This document shows, one piece after another, positions 1 to 7,877 of a stretch of DNA of 64,000 nt; the stretch's first letter is position 1; the number at the start of each line of letters is the position of its first letter. Location: assembly GCA_963766295.1 (NCBI GenBank), contig CAVXYW010000001.1:666815-730814 (forward strand), in the 5' to 3' direction. Source of the stretch: an uncultured Actinomycetes bacterium. GTDB lineage: Bacteria > Actinomycetota > JAICYB01. The position numbers were made by a program, and so were the translations under genes. A model generated the notes under the pieces. The model searched no databases. It was not told the DNA's origin and worked only from the letters and a program-made list of their open reading frames with translations.

Positions 1-488
1 CGCACAGGCATCAAGTCGTCGCGATGGAGTCGAAGTTCACCCATGCCCGAACAGCGGATGGGATCTTGGTCACCGGGCGCGTCGACAGGCTCGACATCGA
101 CGACGGCCAGTACGTGATCGTCGACTACAAGACGGGTCGCTTCGGTGAAGACGCTCGCGCCCTGGACGAGTCGCTGCCGTTGTCCCTCTACGCGATTGCG
201 GTTTCGGCGGCGCTGGGACGAGAGGTTTCGCGGATCGCCGTCGAGCATCTGTCCACAGGACGGCGCGTGGAAACGCGACGCGACTCGAAACGTTTGGAGC
301 TCGATTGGGAAGCTCTCACCAAGCACGCGCGCGAGATGCGCTTGACCGGGATATTTCCGCCCCAGCCCGGCCCCCTGTGCCGGTGGTGCGACTACATCGT
401 GGCCTGCCCGGAAGGACGTGCGACGCTGCGCGTCGAGAACATGCCGGACGATGACTACTGGGAGCCGCCGACGGAAGAGCCCTCATGA
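1..488 (+). CDS. PD-(D/E)XK nuclease family protein (RecB/AddB/Cas4-like), C-terminal fragment; 5' end lies outside the window
   Basis: The reading frame is open from base 3 with no stop. Contains an IVDYKTG motif (D-x-K of PD-(D/E)XK) and a C-terminal CRWCDYIVACP cysteine cluster typical of Fe-S containing RecB-family nucleases. Stop overlaps the folB start (ATGA). Confidence 0.5.
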   Translation, partial: HRHQVVAMESKFTHARTADGILVTGRVDRLDIDDGQYVIVDYKTGRFGEDARALDESLPLSLYAIAVSAALGREVSRIAVEHLSTGRRVETRRDSKRLELDWEALTKHAREMRLTGIFPPQPGPLCRWCDYIVACPEGRATLRVENMPDDDYWEPPTEEPS

Positions 489-850
489 GCGGCAAGGACT
501 GCATCTTCGTCAAGGGGATCAAGGCCGAGGGCAAGCACGGACTGCAAAGTGACGGCGAGCGCGACAAGCCGCAACCTTTCGAAGCGGACGCAGAGGTCTA
601 CGTAGATCTCAAACCAGTGGCCAACGCCGACCAGCTGGACGAGACGATCGATTACGTGACGATCGCGCAGACGGTTCGCTCGGTGATCGAGGAGCGTTCG
701 TTCGAACTACTCGAGACGCTGGCCGATGCGATCGCTACGGAAGTTCTCGCACTGGGTGCCGATTCCGTGCGTATCCGAATGCGCAAGCCGCGTGCGGCCA
801 CCCACGCCGGCGTCGATGACATCTCGATCGTTGTGGAGCGATCGATCTGA
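485..850 (+). CDS. folB: dihydroneopterin aldolase
   Basis: 121 aa. The N-terminus MSGKDCIFVKGIKAEGKHG and overall length match the FolB family, and folK follows directly. Confidence 0.85.
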   Translation: MSGKDCIFVKGIKAEGKHGLQSDGERDKPQPFEADAEVYVDLKPVANADQLDETIDYVTIAQTVRSVIEERSFELLETLADAIATEVLALGADSVRIRMRKPRAATHAGVDDISIVVERSI

Positions 851-867
851 CCTTTGTTTACGTCGGT

Positions 868-1335
868 TTGGGCTCCAACGTCGGAGACCGGCTGGCCAGT
901 CTCAAGAAAGCCGTCGAGCTTCTCGACTCATCCGATGGACTCTCGGTCGAAGGTGCGTCGAACGTCTACGACACCGATCCCGTCGGAGGAGATCAAGCGA
1001 ACTTCCTCAACGCCGTGGTCCGCATCGAATCGTCGATCTCGGCACAGGATCTGCTCGCACGGCTGAAGGAGATCGAAACCCAGATCGGTCGTCGCGAGCG
1101 CGGACGGTGGGCACCGCGCGAGATAGACCTCGATGTACTGCTCTTCGCCGACGCAGTGATCGAAGAACTCGATCTCGTCGTCCCGCACACGGAGATCGCG
1201 AACCGCGCATTCGTTCTGGTGCCGCTTTTGGACCTCGATCCCGGCGTCGAGATCCCCGGGCTCGGCTCAGTCGCCGACCTGGCGGCTCGAGCGGGGACGG
1301 ACGGCGTCCGGTTAACCGCTCACTCCCTCCGCTAG
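868..1335 (+). CDS. folK: 2-amino-4-hydroxy-6-hydroxymethyldihydropteridine pyrophosphokinase (HPPK)
   Basis: The GSNVGDRLASLKKAVELL opening matches the HPPK N-terminus. The annotated TTG start would remove the conserved first strand (VYVGLGSN), which is encoded in frame upstream from about 847 (CTG overlapping the folB stop), so the true start is uncertain. Confidence 0.8.
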   Translation: MGSNVGDRLASLKKAVELLDSSDGLSVEGASNVYDTDPVGGDQANFLNAVVRIESSISAQDLLARLKEIETQIGRRERGRWAPREIDLDVLLFADAVIEELDLVVPHTEIANRAFVLVPLLDLDPGVEIPGLGSVADLAARAGTDGVRLTAHSLR

Positions 1336-1377
1336 CGAGGGATTGACGAAGCGAACATACGTTCGTATAGTATCGCG

Positions 1378-2370
1378 ATGGACAGGGAGCCTCTCTTCGA
1401 GCTCCGCAGGAGGACTTTCGACACGCCGCACTTCCGCGGGATCGAGTTCATCGAGGTCGAAGCCAAGACGATCATCAACAAAGTGCCGGGGAACTTCCTT
1501 CCATTCAGTCACACCATCAACCCCTACCGAGGTTGCTCGCATGCATGCACCTTTTGTTTTGCTCGCAAGACACACACGTACATGGACATGAATGCAGGCA
1601 ACGACTGGTCTACGAAGATCGTTGCGAAGGTGAACGCGCCCGAGCTCCTACGGCACGAACTCAGGGCTAAGAAGTGGAAGGGCGAACCCATCGCGATGGG
1701 GACGGCAACTGATCCGTATCAGCGTGGCGAGGGCCGTTACGGGTTGATGTCAGGAATCATCCGCGCACTCACCGATTACAGGAACCCGTTTTCGATCCTG
1801 ACCAGAGGGACTTTGATACTTCGAGACCTTGGGTTGTTGCGTGAGGCAGCTTCCGTCACGAAGGTCTCTACGGCGTTCTCGATTCCAACGCTTGACGAAG
1901 ACGTCTGGCGTCGCAGCGAGCCCGGCACTCCGCACCCGCGCAAGCGGATCGAGGCCGTACGCAAGCTGAACGACGCCGGGATCGGCTGCGGGGTGATGGT
2001 CGCTCCGATCCTTCCGGGGATCAGCGACCACCCTCGTCAGTTGATGGACGTCGTCAGTGCCGCGATCGACGCCGGCGCCACGCATGTGTCGCCGATCTTG
2101 CTTCACCTGCGGCCGGTCGTCCGTGAGGAGTACATGGAATGGCTTCAGCGGGAGTACCCGGGCATGGTCACTCGCTACGAGCAGATGTACGACGAAAGTT
2201 CCTACGCCTCAAAAGAGGACCGCAAGGCGCTCGGCCGGCGGATCGCCGGCCTGGTCAGGGCCGCCGGAGGTCTGAAGCCGTCTGTCGACGTGGACGAGCG
2301 CTTCGGCCACCGCAAGCCAGCCGCTGATCTTCCGGAGCCGCCCCGGCGCAAGCAGCTCCAGCTCCTCTAA
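1378..2370 (+). CDS. radical SAM protein (SPL / DNA repair photolyase-like family, Rv2578c-like)
   Basis: CSHACTFCFARK is a CxxxCxxC radical-SAM cluster motif. Length is 330 aa, starting at ATG 1378. Confidence 0.7.
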   Translation: MDREPLFELRRRTFDTPHFRGIEFIEVEAKTIINKVPGNFLPFSHTINPYRGCSHACTFCFARKTHTYMDMNAGNDWSTKIVAKVNAPELLRHELRAKKWKGEPIAMGTATDPYQRGEGRYGLMSGIIRALTDYRNPFSILTRGTLILRDLGLLREAASVTKVSTAFSIPTLDEDVWRRSEPGTPHPRKRIEAVRKLNDAGIGCGVMVAPILPGISDHPRQLMDVVSAAIDAGATHVSPILLHLRPVVREEYMEWLQREYPGMVTRYEQMYDESSYASKEDRKALGRRIAGLVRAAGGLKPSVDVDERFGHRKPAADLPEPPRRKQLQLL

Positions 2371-2492
2371 CTGGGCGGGCGCCTATTGCGCCCACCGGGT
2401 ATCCTGCTGGCAGGTCCAAGTCCGGTATCCCAGCGGGAACTGGAACGGAGGGCACTCCTTTCCACCCGCGCGGCTAGTAGAGGAGATGTCGC

Positions 2493-3341
2493 GTGGCGAG
2501 ACGGCCAACCGTCTCGATAGTCGGATGCGGTCGCGTCGGTGGCGCGATCGGCCTGGCGCTTCGTGAAAACGGCTACGAGATCGCGGCCGTTTGGTCGAAC
2601 TCGCGCGCCGGGCGACAGCGCGCTCATCGCCTGCTCGACGCTCCCGTGCTGGAGCCGGCCGCTGTCGCCGCCGCCGGCGACCTCGTCTTCCTAAGCGTCT
2701 CGGACGACGCCATCGCGCCCATGGCCAAGCAGATCGTTCCCGGTATCCGCAAAGGGAAGAGCGTCGTGCATACGAGCGGCGGAGTGTCGGTGAAGGCCCT
2801 CGACCCAGTACGCAACGCCGGTGCGCACGTCGGCTCGGTCCATCCTCTGCAGACGATCCCGGACCCCGAAACCGGCGCAAGTGCCCTTCATGGATCGGCG
2901 GTGGCCGTCACATGCGAGCCGAGAGACCGCGGCTCGTTGCATGCAGTAGCCCGCGCCTGGGGAGGTCAGCCTTTCGCGCTGGCGGACGAGAACAAGTCGA
3001 TCTACCACGCAGCGGCGATCTTCGCGTCGAACTATGTGGTGACGACGATGTGGGCCGCGCAGGAGTTGCTGCGCAGCATCGGCGTCCGCAATCCGGGTCC
3101 TTTGCTCGAGCCGCTCGTAAGGGCTTCGGTGGACAACGTTTTCGAGTCGGGTCCGGCAAAGTCCATCACCGGTCCAGTTGTGCGCGGCGACACCGGGATC
3201 GTTCGCAAGCACATCGCCGATCTCAAGAAAGCCGATCACCCCACCGGCGATCGCATCCGGTCGACCTATCGATCGCTGGCCCGACTAACGGCCGCTCTCG
3301 CGGGAACCGACCCGGACGTCATCGAAAAGGCGACGGCATGA
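2493..3341 (+). CDS. Rossmann-like DUF2520 domain protein (F420-dependent NADP oxidoreductase-like), the conserved neighbour upstream of panC
   Basis: GTG start preceded by an AGGAG RBS. Has a VSIVGCGRVGGAIG dinucleotide-binding motif. Its position before panC matches the mycobacterial Rv3603c-panC-panD arrangement. Its stop overlaps the panC start (ATGA). Confidence 0.65.
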   Translation: MARRPTVSIVGCGRVGGAIGLALRENGYEIAAVWSNSRAGRQRAHRLLDAPVLEPAAVAAAGDLVFLSVSDDAIAPMAKQIVPGIRKGKSVVHTSGGVSVKALDPVRNAGAHVGSVHPLQTIPDPETGASALHGSAVAVTCEPRDRGSLHAVARAWGGQPFALADENKSIYHAAAIFASNYVVTTMWAAQELLRSIGVRNPGPLLEPLVRASVDNVFESGPAKSITGPVVRGDTGIVRKHIADLKKADHPTGDRIRSTYRSLARLTAALAGTDPDVIEKATA

Positions 3342-4216
3342 TCGCGACGGGAAAGATCATCGAGGTCCGCAAGATCCTCGAAGCTGCCCGTCTCGAGGGA
3401 CAAACCGTCGGGTTCGTCCCGACCATGGGTGCGTTGCACAAAGGACACCGCTCGCTCATCCGGCGCGCTCGCGCAGAGAACGGCCACGTCGTCGTCAGCA
3501 TCTTCGTCAACCCGACACAGTTCGGTGCCAACGAGGATCTATCGGCTTACCCGCGTACGTTCGCCGACGACTGCGAGGCTTGCGCCGACGAAGGCGCCGA
3601 CCTCGTCTTCCACCCGGACGTTGACGAGATGTACCCCAAGGACGCGAAGACGACGGTCAATGTGGGTCTCTTGGCCGAACCTATGGAAGGGAGATTCAGG
3701 CCGGGACATTTCGACGGTGTCGCGCTGGTGTGCGCGAAGCTCTTCGCGATCGTCGGACCGTGCACCGCGTATTTCGGCGAGAAAGACGCGCAGCAGCTGC
3801 GCGTCGTCGCGCAGATGGTGCGCGACCTTGCCCTGCCGGTCGAAGTTGTCGGCTGCCCGACCGTACGCGACGCCGACGGACTGGCCCTGTCCAGCCGCAA
3901 CAAATATCTCGGTCCAGAAGACCGCGAGCGATCGCTGTCGCTCTCGCGGGCGCTGCGCCGGATCGAAGAACTAGTGCAAGAAGGGGAGCGCGACACGGCG
4001 AAGCTGCTCGGCGCCGGCGTGTCGATCCTTGAAAACGCCGGACTCGACGCGATCGACTACCTCGAAGTCGTGGACCCCACGACCCTCGAGGCAGTCGACC
4101 GGGTCGAGCACCCGGTTCTCGTTTGTGGTGCCGTCAGGGTCGGCACGACGAGGTTGATCGACAACGTAACGATCGAAGCCAATGAGATTGAATCGTTGAA
4201 CCAAGGGGGCAGCTGA
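3338..4216 (+). CDS. panC: pantoate--beta-alanine ligase
   Basis: The [37 protein letters not shown] segment contains the PanC P-loop/HIGH-like motif. The real ATG is at 3338, so the N-terminal part of the 541-aa ORF in the track is out-of-frame read-through. Confidence 0.9.
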   Translation: MIATGKIIEVRKILEAARLEGQTVGFVPTMGALHKGHRSLIRRARAENGHVVVSIFVNPTQFGANEDLSAYPRTFADDCEACADEGADLVFHPDVDEMYPKDAKTTVNVGLLAEPMEGRFRPGHFDGVALVCAKLFAIVGPCTAYFGEKDAQQLRVVAQMVRDLALPVEVVGCPTVRDADGLALSSRNKYLGPEDRERSLSLSRALRRIEELVQEGERDTAKLLGAGVSILENAGLDAIDYLEVVDPTTLEAVDRVEHPVLVCGAVRVGTTRLIDNVTIEANEIESLNQGGS

Positions 4217-4579
4217 TGGTCAGGGAGATGCTGAAGTCGAAGATCCACCGCGCGACGGTGACGGAAGCGCGCGTCGAGTACGTCGGTTCCATCACGATCG
4301 ACTCGGAGCTGATGGAACTGGCCGATATCACGCCGTACGAGAAGGTGCTCGTTGCCGACATCGACAACGGCGCTCGTCTCGAGACTTACGCGATCGAGGG
4401 CCCTCCGGGCTCCGGGGTGGTTTGCATGAACGGAGCGGCCGCTCGTCTGGTCGAGAAGGGCGACAAGGTGATCATCATGACCTTCGCGTCCTACGAAGAC
4501 TCACGAGGCGCGCATGCACCGTCCGCTCGCCATCTTCGTCGACGACGACAATCGCCCCGTAGCCGGAAAGGCCGGCTGA
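4216..4579 (+). pseudogene. panD: aspartate 1-decarboxylase, interrupted by an apparent +1 frameshift near 4500
   Basis: The N-terminus [25 protein letters not shown]...[11 protein letters not shown] is PanD in frame 0 up to about ASYED. The conserved C-terminus [20 protein letters not shown] is in the +1 frame and ends at TGA 4577-4579. This is why the track shows a 418-aa panD-nadC read-through ORF. Confidence 0.75.
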
Positions 4580-4581
4580 GA

Positions 4582-5472
4582 TTGAGCTCCGATGCGGCGC
4601 CCGGCAGCGATCGGGCAGCCCTGACTACAGCGCTCGACCGAGTCATCGCGACGGCGCTGGTTGAAGACCTCGGCTCGATGGGAGCCGAGGCAGACATAAC
4701 GACGGTCTCTACGGTGCCGGCCGACACTCTCAGCGAAGGCACGGTCATCGCGAAGCAGCACGGAGTTATTGCAGGACTCGAGGCGCTGTCGGTTGCCTTC
4801 GGACAGCTGGACGACCGAGTCGAAGTCGAACTCCTGAAGCGGGACGGAAACATCGTTCAGCCCGGCGACAAGCTCGCGACCGTTCGCGGCCCGGCCCGCG
4901 CGATCCTGGCCGGCGAACGCACTGCGCTCAATCTCCTTAGTCACCTCAGCGGCATCGCAACGCTGGCAAATGCATTCGTCCAGAGAGCGCCAGAAGCGAA
5001 GATCGTCGAAACTCGCAAGACACTGCCAGGACTTCGCGCTCTCGAGAAGTACGCCGTCACGTGTGGCGGCGCCACCAATCACCGTTTCTCGCTCTGGGAC
5101 GGCGTCCTTATCAAGGACAACCACATCGTTGCCGCCGGCGGCGTCGGCGAGGCCGTCCGACGGGCGAAGAAAGCGACGACCCTTCCCGTCCAGGTGGAGT
5201 GCGCGACGCGCGACGACGTCCTCGAAGCGATCGGCGCCGGCGCACCTTCTCTGCTCCTCGACAACCGAACTCCGGACGAGCTCCTAAAACTTGTCGGGCT
5301 CATCCGCGAACGGGCCCCCGGCACTCTCATTGAAGCCTCCGGCGGAGTCACTCTCGACAACGTCGACGCCATCGCAGCCACGGGTGTCGATCGCATCTCC
5401 ATCGGCGCCTTCACCCACTCGGCTCCCGCGCTCGACGTGAGCCTGAACCTCGACCGGGTCTGGAGCGAGTAG
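4582..5472 (+). CDS. nadC: nicotinate-nucleotide diphosphorylase (quinolinate phosphoribosyltransferase)
   Basis: ALVEDLG...[33 protein letters not shown] and LIKDNH are QPRTase motifs. The likely start is TTG 4582, about 11 nt after a GGAAAGG RBS-like sequence, and the start is uncertain. Confidence 0.75.
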   Translation: MSSDAAPGSDRAALTTALDRVIATALVEDLGSMGAEADITTVSTVPADTLSEGTVIAKQHGVIAGLEALSVAFGQLDDRVEVELLKRDGNIVQPGDKLATVRGPARAILAGERTALNLLSHLSGIATLANAFVQRAPEAKIVETRKTLPGLRALEKYAVTCGGATNHRFSLWDGVLIKDNHIVAAGGVGEAVRRAKKATTLPVQVECATRDDVLEAIGAGAPSLLLDNRTPDELLKLVGLIRERAPGTLIEASGGVTLDNVDAIAATGVDRISIGAFTHSAPALDVSLNLDRVWSE

Positions 5473-6244
5473 ATGCTGCTGGCCATCGACATCGGCAACA
5501 CCGAGACGACCATCGGGATCTTCAACGGCGACGAGCTCGTCCAAACCTGGCGCAGCGGCACGCAGGTCGAGCGAACCGCCGACGAGCTTGCCCTGCTCGT
5601 TTTCTCTTTCCTGAGGCTCGGCCGCGTCCCGCGTGACGCCGACATCTCCGGTGTCGCCGTTTCCAGCGTCGTCCCCCGCGCCACTCTCGCGATGCGCGAG
5701 ATGGTTCCTCACTACTTCGACCTCGAGCCGGTGATCGTCGAGCCCGGGGTGAAGACCGGGATGCCGATCCGCATCGACAACCCAAAGCAGGTAGGCGCCG
5801 ACCGCATCTGCAACGCCGTCGGCGCATACGAAGAGCACGGGGGCCCAGTTGTTGCGATCGATCTCGGCACGGCGACGACTTTCGATGCCGTCTCGGCCGA
5901 CGGTGAGTACCTCGGCGGCGCTATCGCGCCGGGGCTGGCCATCGCCGCGAACGCGCTCGTCAGCAAGACCGCTCAGCTTCAGCTCGTCGAGCTCGTCTCG
6001 TCCTCAGCGTTTGATCGGAAAGAGCACGGCGGAAGCGATCCAGTCCGGCATCGTCCTCGGCTATGCGTGTCTGATCGAAGGAATGCTCGACTTATTCCGC
6101 AAGGAGCTCGGTGGCGATACCAAGTCGGTCATGACCGGCGGACTCGCCGAGACCATGGCGCCGAATCTGGAAGGTGTCGACGTCGTCGACCCGTGGCTCG
6201 TTCTCAAGGGGCTGCGGATCATCTACGAGCGCAACGCCGAATAG
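5473..6244 (+). pseudogene. coaX: type III pantothenate kinase, interrupted by an apparent +1 frameshift near 5990
   Basis: MLLAIDIGNTETTIG and DRICNAVGA...AIDLGTATTFD are type III pantothenate kinase (CoaX) motifs in frame 0. The C-terminal part RPQRLIGKSTAEAIQSGIVLGYACLIEGML...LKGLRIIYERNAE is in the +1 frame (ORF 5849..6244). The 479-aa frame-0 ORF continues as arginine-rich nonsense that overlaps lysS. Confidence 0.75.
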
Positions 6245-6271
6245 CACAGCCCGGCACTAGACTCCGCGCTA

Positions 6272-7699
6272 ATGAGCGAGGAGGAGCTCTACCAAGCACG
6301 GCTCGTAAAGCTCGATGCGCTGAGAGCCGCCGGAGTCGAGCCTTGGCCCCCACGTTTCGACCGCACGCATCAAGCTGCCGAGCTCCACGAAGATTTCACC
6401 GATCTCCATGCCGGCACCGACACCGGCACCCAAGTACGAGTCGCCGGACGGATTCGCTCTTCGCGCGTCCAGGGGAAGCTGGCGTTCGGCGACGTTGCGG
6501 ATGCCTCGGGAACCATCCAGCTCTTTGTAACCGGCGAAGCCGTCCCGTTCTTCGATTCGCTCGACGTCGGCGACATCGTCGGTGCGTCCGGCGAAGTTGT
6601 GCGTACCAAGAGAGGAGAGCTTTCGGTAAGAACCGAAGACGTCGTCCTTTTGGCCAAAGCGCTCAGAGCTCCACCGGACGATTGGTACGGACTCCAGGAC
6701 ACCGAGCTCCGCTACCGCCAGCGCTACCTCGATCTCATCGCGAACCCCGACTCGCGCCGCATCGCGCGCGTCCGGAGCGAAACGATCAGAGCGTCACGAG
6801 ACTTCTTCGACTCCCGAGGGTTCTTCGAAGTCGAAACGCCTGTGCTTCAGCCGATCCCCGGCGGCGGCACGGCCACACCTTTCGTCACCCACTTCAACGC
6901 GATCGGCACTGACATGTACCTGCGCGTTGCTCCCGAGCTATATCTGAAGAGATTGATCGTCGGAGGCATGGAGAAGGTTTACGAGATCGCCCGCAACTTC
7001 CGGAACGAAGGACTGGGGTTCAAGTACAACCCCGAATTCACGATGCTCGAGGCCTATGAGGCTTACGCCGACTACAACGACATGATGGAGCTCACCCAGT
7101 CGTTGGTGCAGACGGCAGCGCAAGAGGCCATCGGTACAACGAATGTCAGCTTCCGCGGGCATGATTTGGATCTCGGTGGGGAGTGGCGGAGGGTGACGAT
7201 GATCGACTTGGTTCGCGATGCCACGGGTGCCGACGTCTCTCTGGACTCGACCGCAGACGATCTCCGCGAAATCGCGTCGAGGCGAGAGGTCGAGGTCGAG
7301 GATTGGTGGGGCACCGGCGAGCTCATCGGCCAGCTCTACGACAAGGTGGCCGAAGCCACGATCGTCGAGCCCACGATCGTCTACGACTACCCAAAAGAGA
7401 TTTCACCGCTGGCCCGCACCCACCGCGACGACCCGCGTCTGGTCGAGCGTTTCGAGGTCGTGGTGTGCGGTATGGAGATCGGTAACCACTTCAGCGAGCT
7501 CAACGACCCCATCGAGCAGCGCAGGCGGTTCGACTCCCAGATGGAGGCGCGCGCCCATGGAGACACCGACGCAAACCCCATCGACGAGGACTATCTAAGG
7601 GCTCTGGAGTACGGGATGCCCCCCACGGGTGGTCTGGGGGTAGGGATCGACCGCCTGGTCATGGTGCTCACGGGGGCTCCGACGCATCCGGGAGGTTGA
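6272..7699 (+). CDS. lysS: lysine--tRNA ligase (class II); the C-terminus is possibly frameshifted, with the true end perhaps near 7752
   Basis: Has an OB-fold anticodon-binding N-domain and class II motifs ([18 protein letters not shown]). The conserved C-terminal [10 protein letters not shown] motif is encoded in another frame that ends at TAA about 7750-7752. Confidence 0.85.
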   Translation: MSEEELYQARLVKLDALRAAGVEPWPPRFDRTHQAAELHEDFTDLHAGTDTGTQVRVAGRIRSSRVQGKLAFGDVADASGTIQLFVTGEAVPFFDSLDVGDIVGASGEVVRTKRGELSVRTEDVVLLAKALRAPPDDWYGLQDTELRYRQRYLDLIANPDSRRIARVRSETIRASRDFFDSRGFFEVETPVLQPIPGGGTATPFVTHFNAIGTDMYLRVAPELYLKRLIVGGMEKVYEIARNFRNEGLGFKYNPEFTMLEAYEAYADYNDMMELTQSLVQTAAQEAIGTTNVSFRGHDLDLGGEWRRVTMIDLVRDATGADVSLDSTADDLREIASRREVEVEDWWGTGELIGQLYDKVAEATIVEPTIVYDYPKEISPLARTHRDDPRLVERFEVVVCGMEIGNHFSELNDPIEQRRRFDSQMEARAHGDTDANPIDEDYLRALEYGMPPTGGLGVGIDRLVMVLTGAPTHPGG

Positions 7700-7807
7700 T
7701 CCTGTTCCCTGCATTACGCCCCCAGAAGGACGATGACCAAGAAGGAACGTAAAAGGAACGCGCGTTTTGCGTTGTAAGAGGTAGCAGAGCAGGTCGGAAG
7801 GCGCCGG

Positions 7808-7813
7808 TATACT
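7808..7813 (+). promoter_or_regulatory. candidate -10 hexamer (TATACT) in the 180-nt clpC leader
   Basis: TATACT lies about 65 nt upstream of the clpC ATG, and a GGAGGGAAGGA RBS sits immediately before the start. The -35 element is weak. Confidence 0.2.
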
Positions 7814-7877
7814 CAGCGCACCGAGCCCTTGAGAGAGGGTTCACAAGGGGATTAAGCCCCTGTAGGAGGGAAGGAAG

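Noticed and set aside
1-488. Cas4-like nuclease as evidence for a CRISPR-Cas locus
   Set aside because: Only a nuclease C-terminus is present. It is followed immediately by folB and folK with no cas genes or repeats.
2591-4216. 541-aa ORF spanning the DUF2520 gene and panC
   Set aside because: The N-terminal 250 aa are an arginine-rich out-of-frame overlay of the DUF2520 gene. panC starts at ATG 3338.
5473-6912. 479-aa ORF suggesting a giant CoaX
   Set aside because: After about residue 175 the translation becomes Arg/Pro-rich nonsense overlapping lysS. It is read-through after a frameshift, and the real CoaX C-terminus is in the +1 frame.
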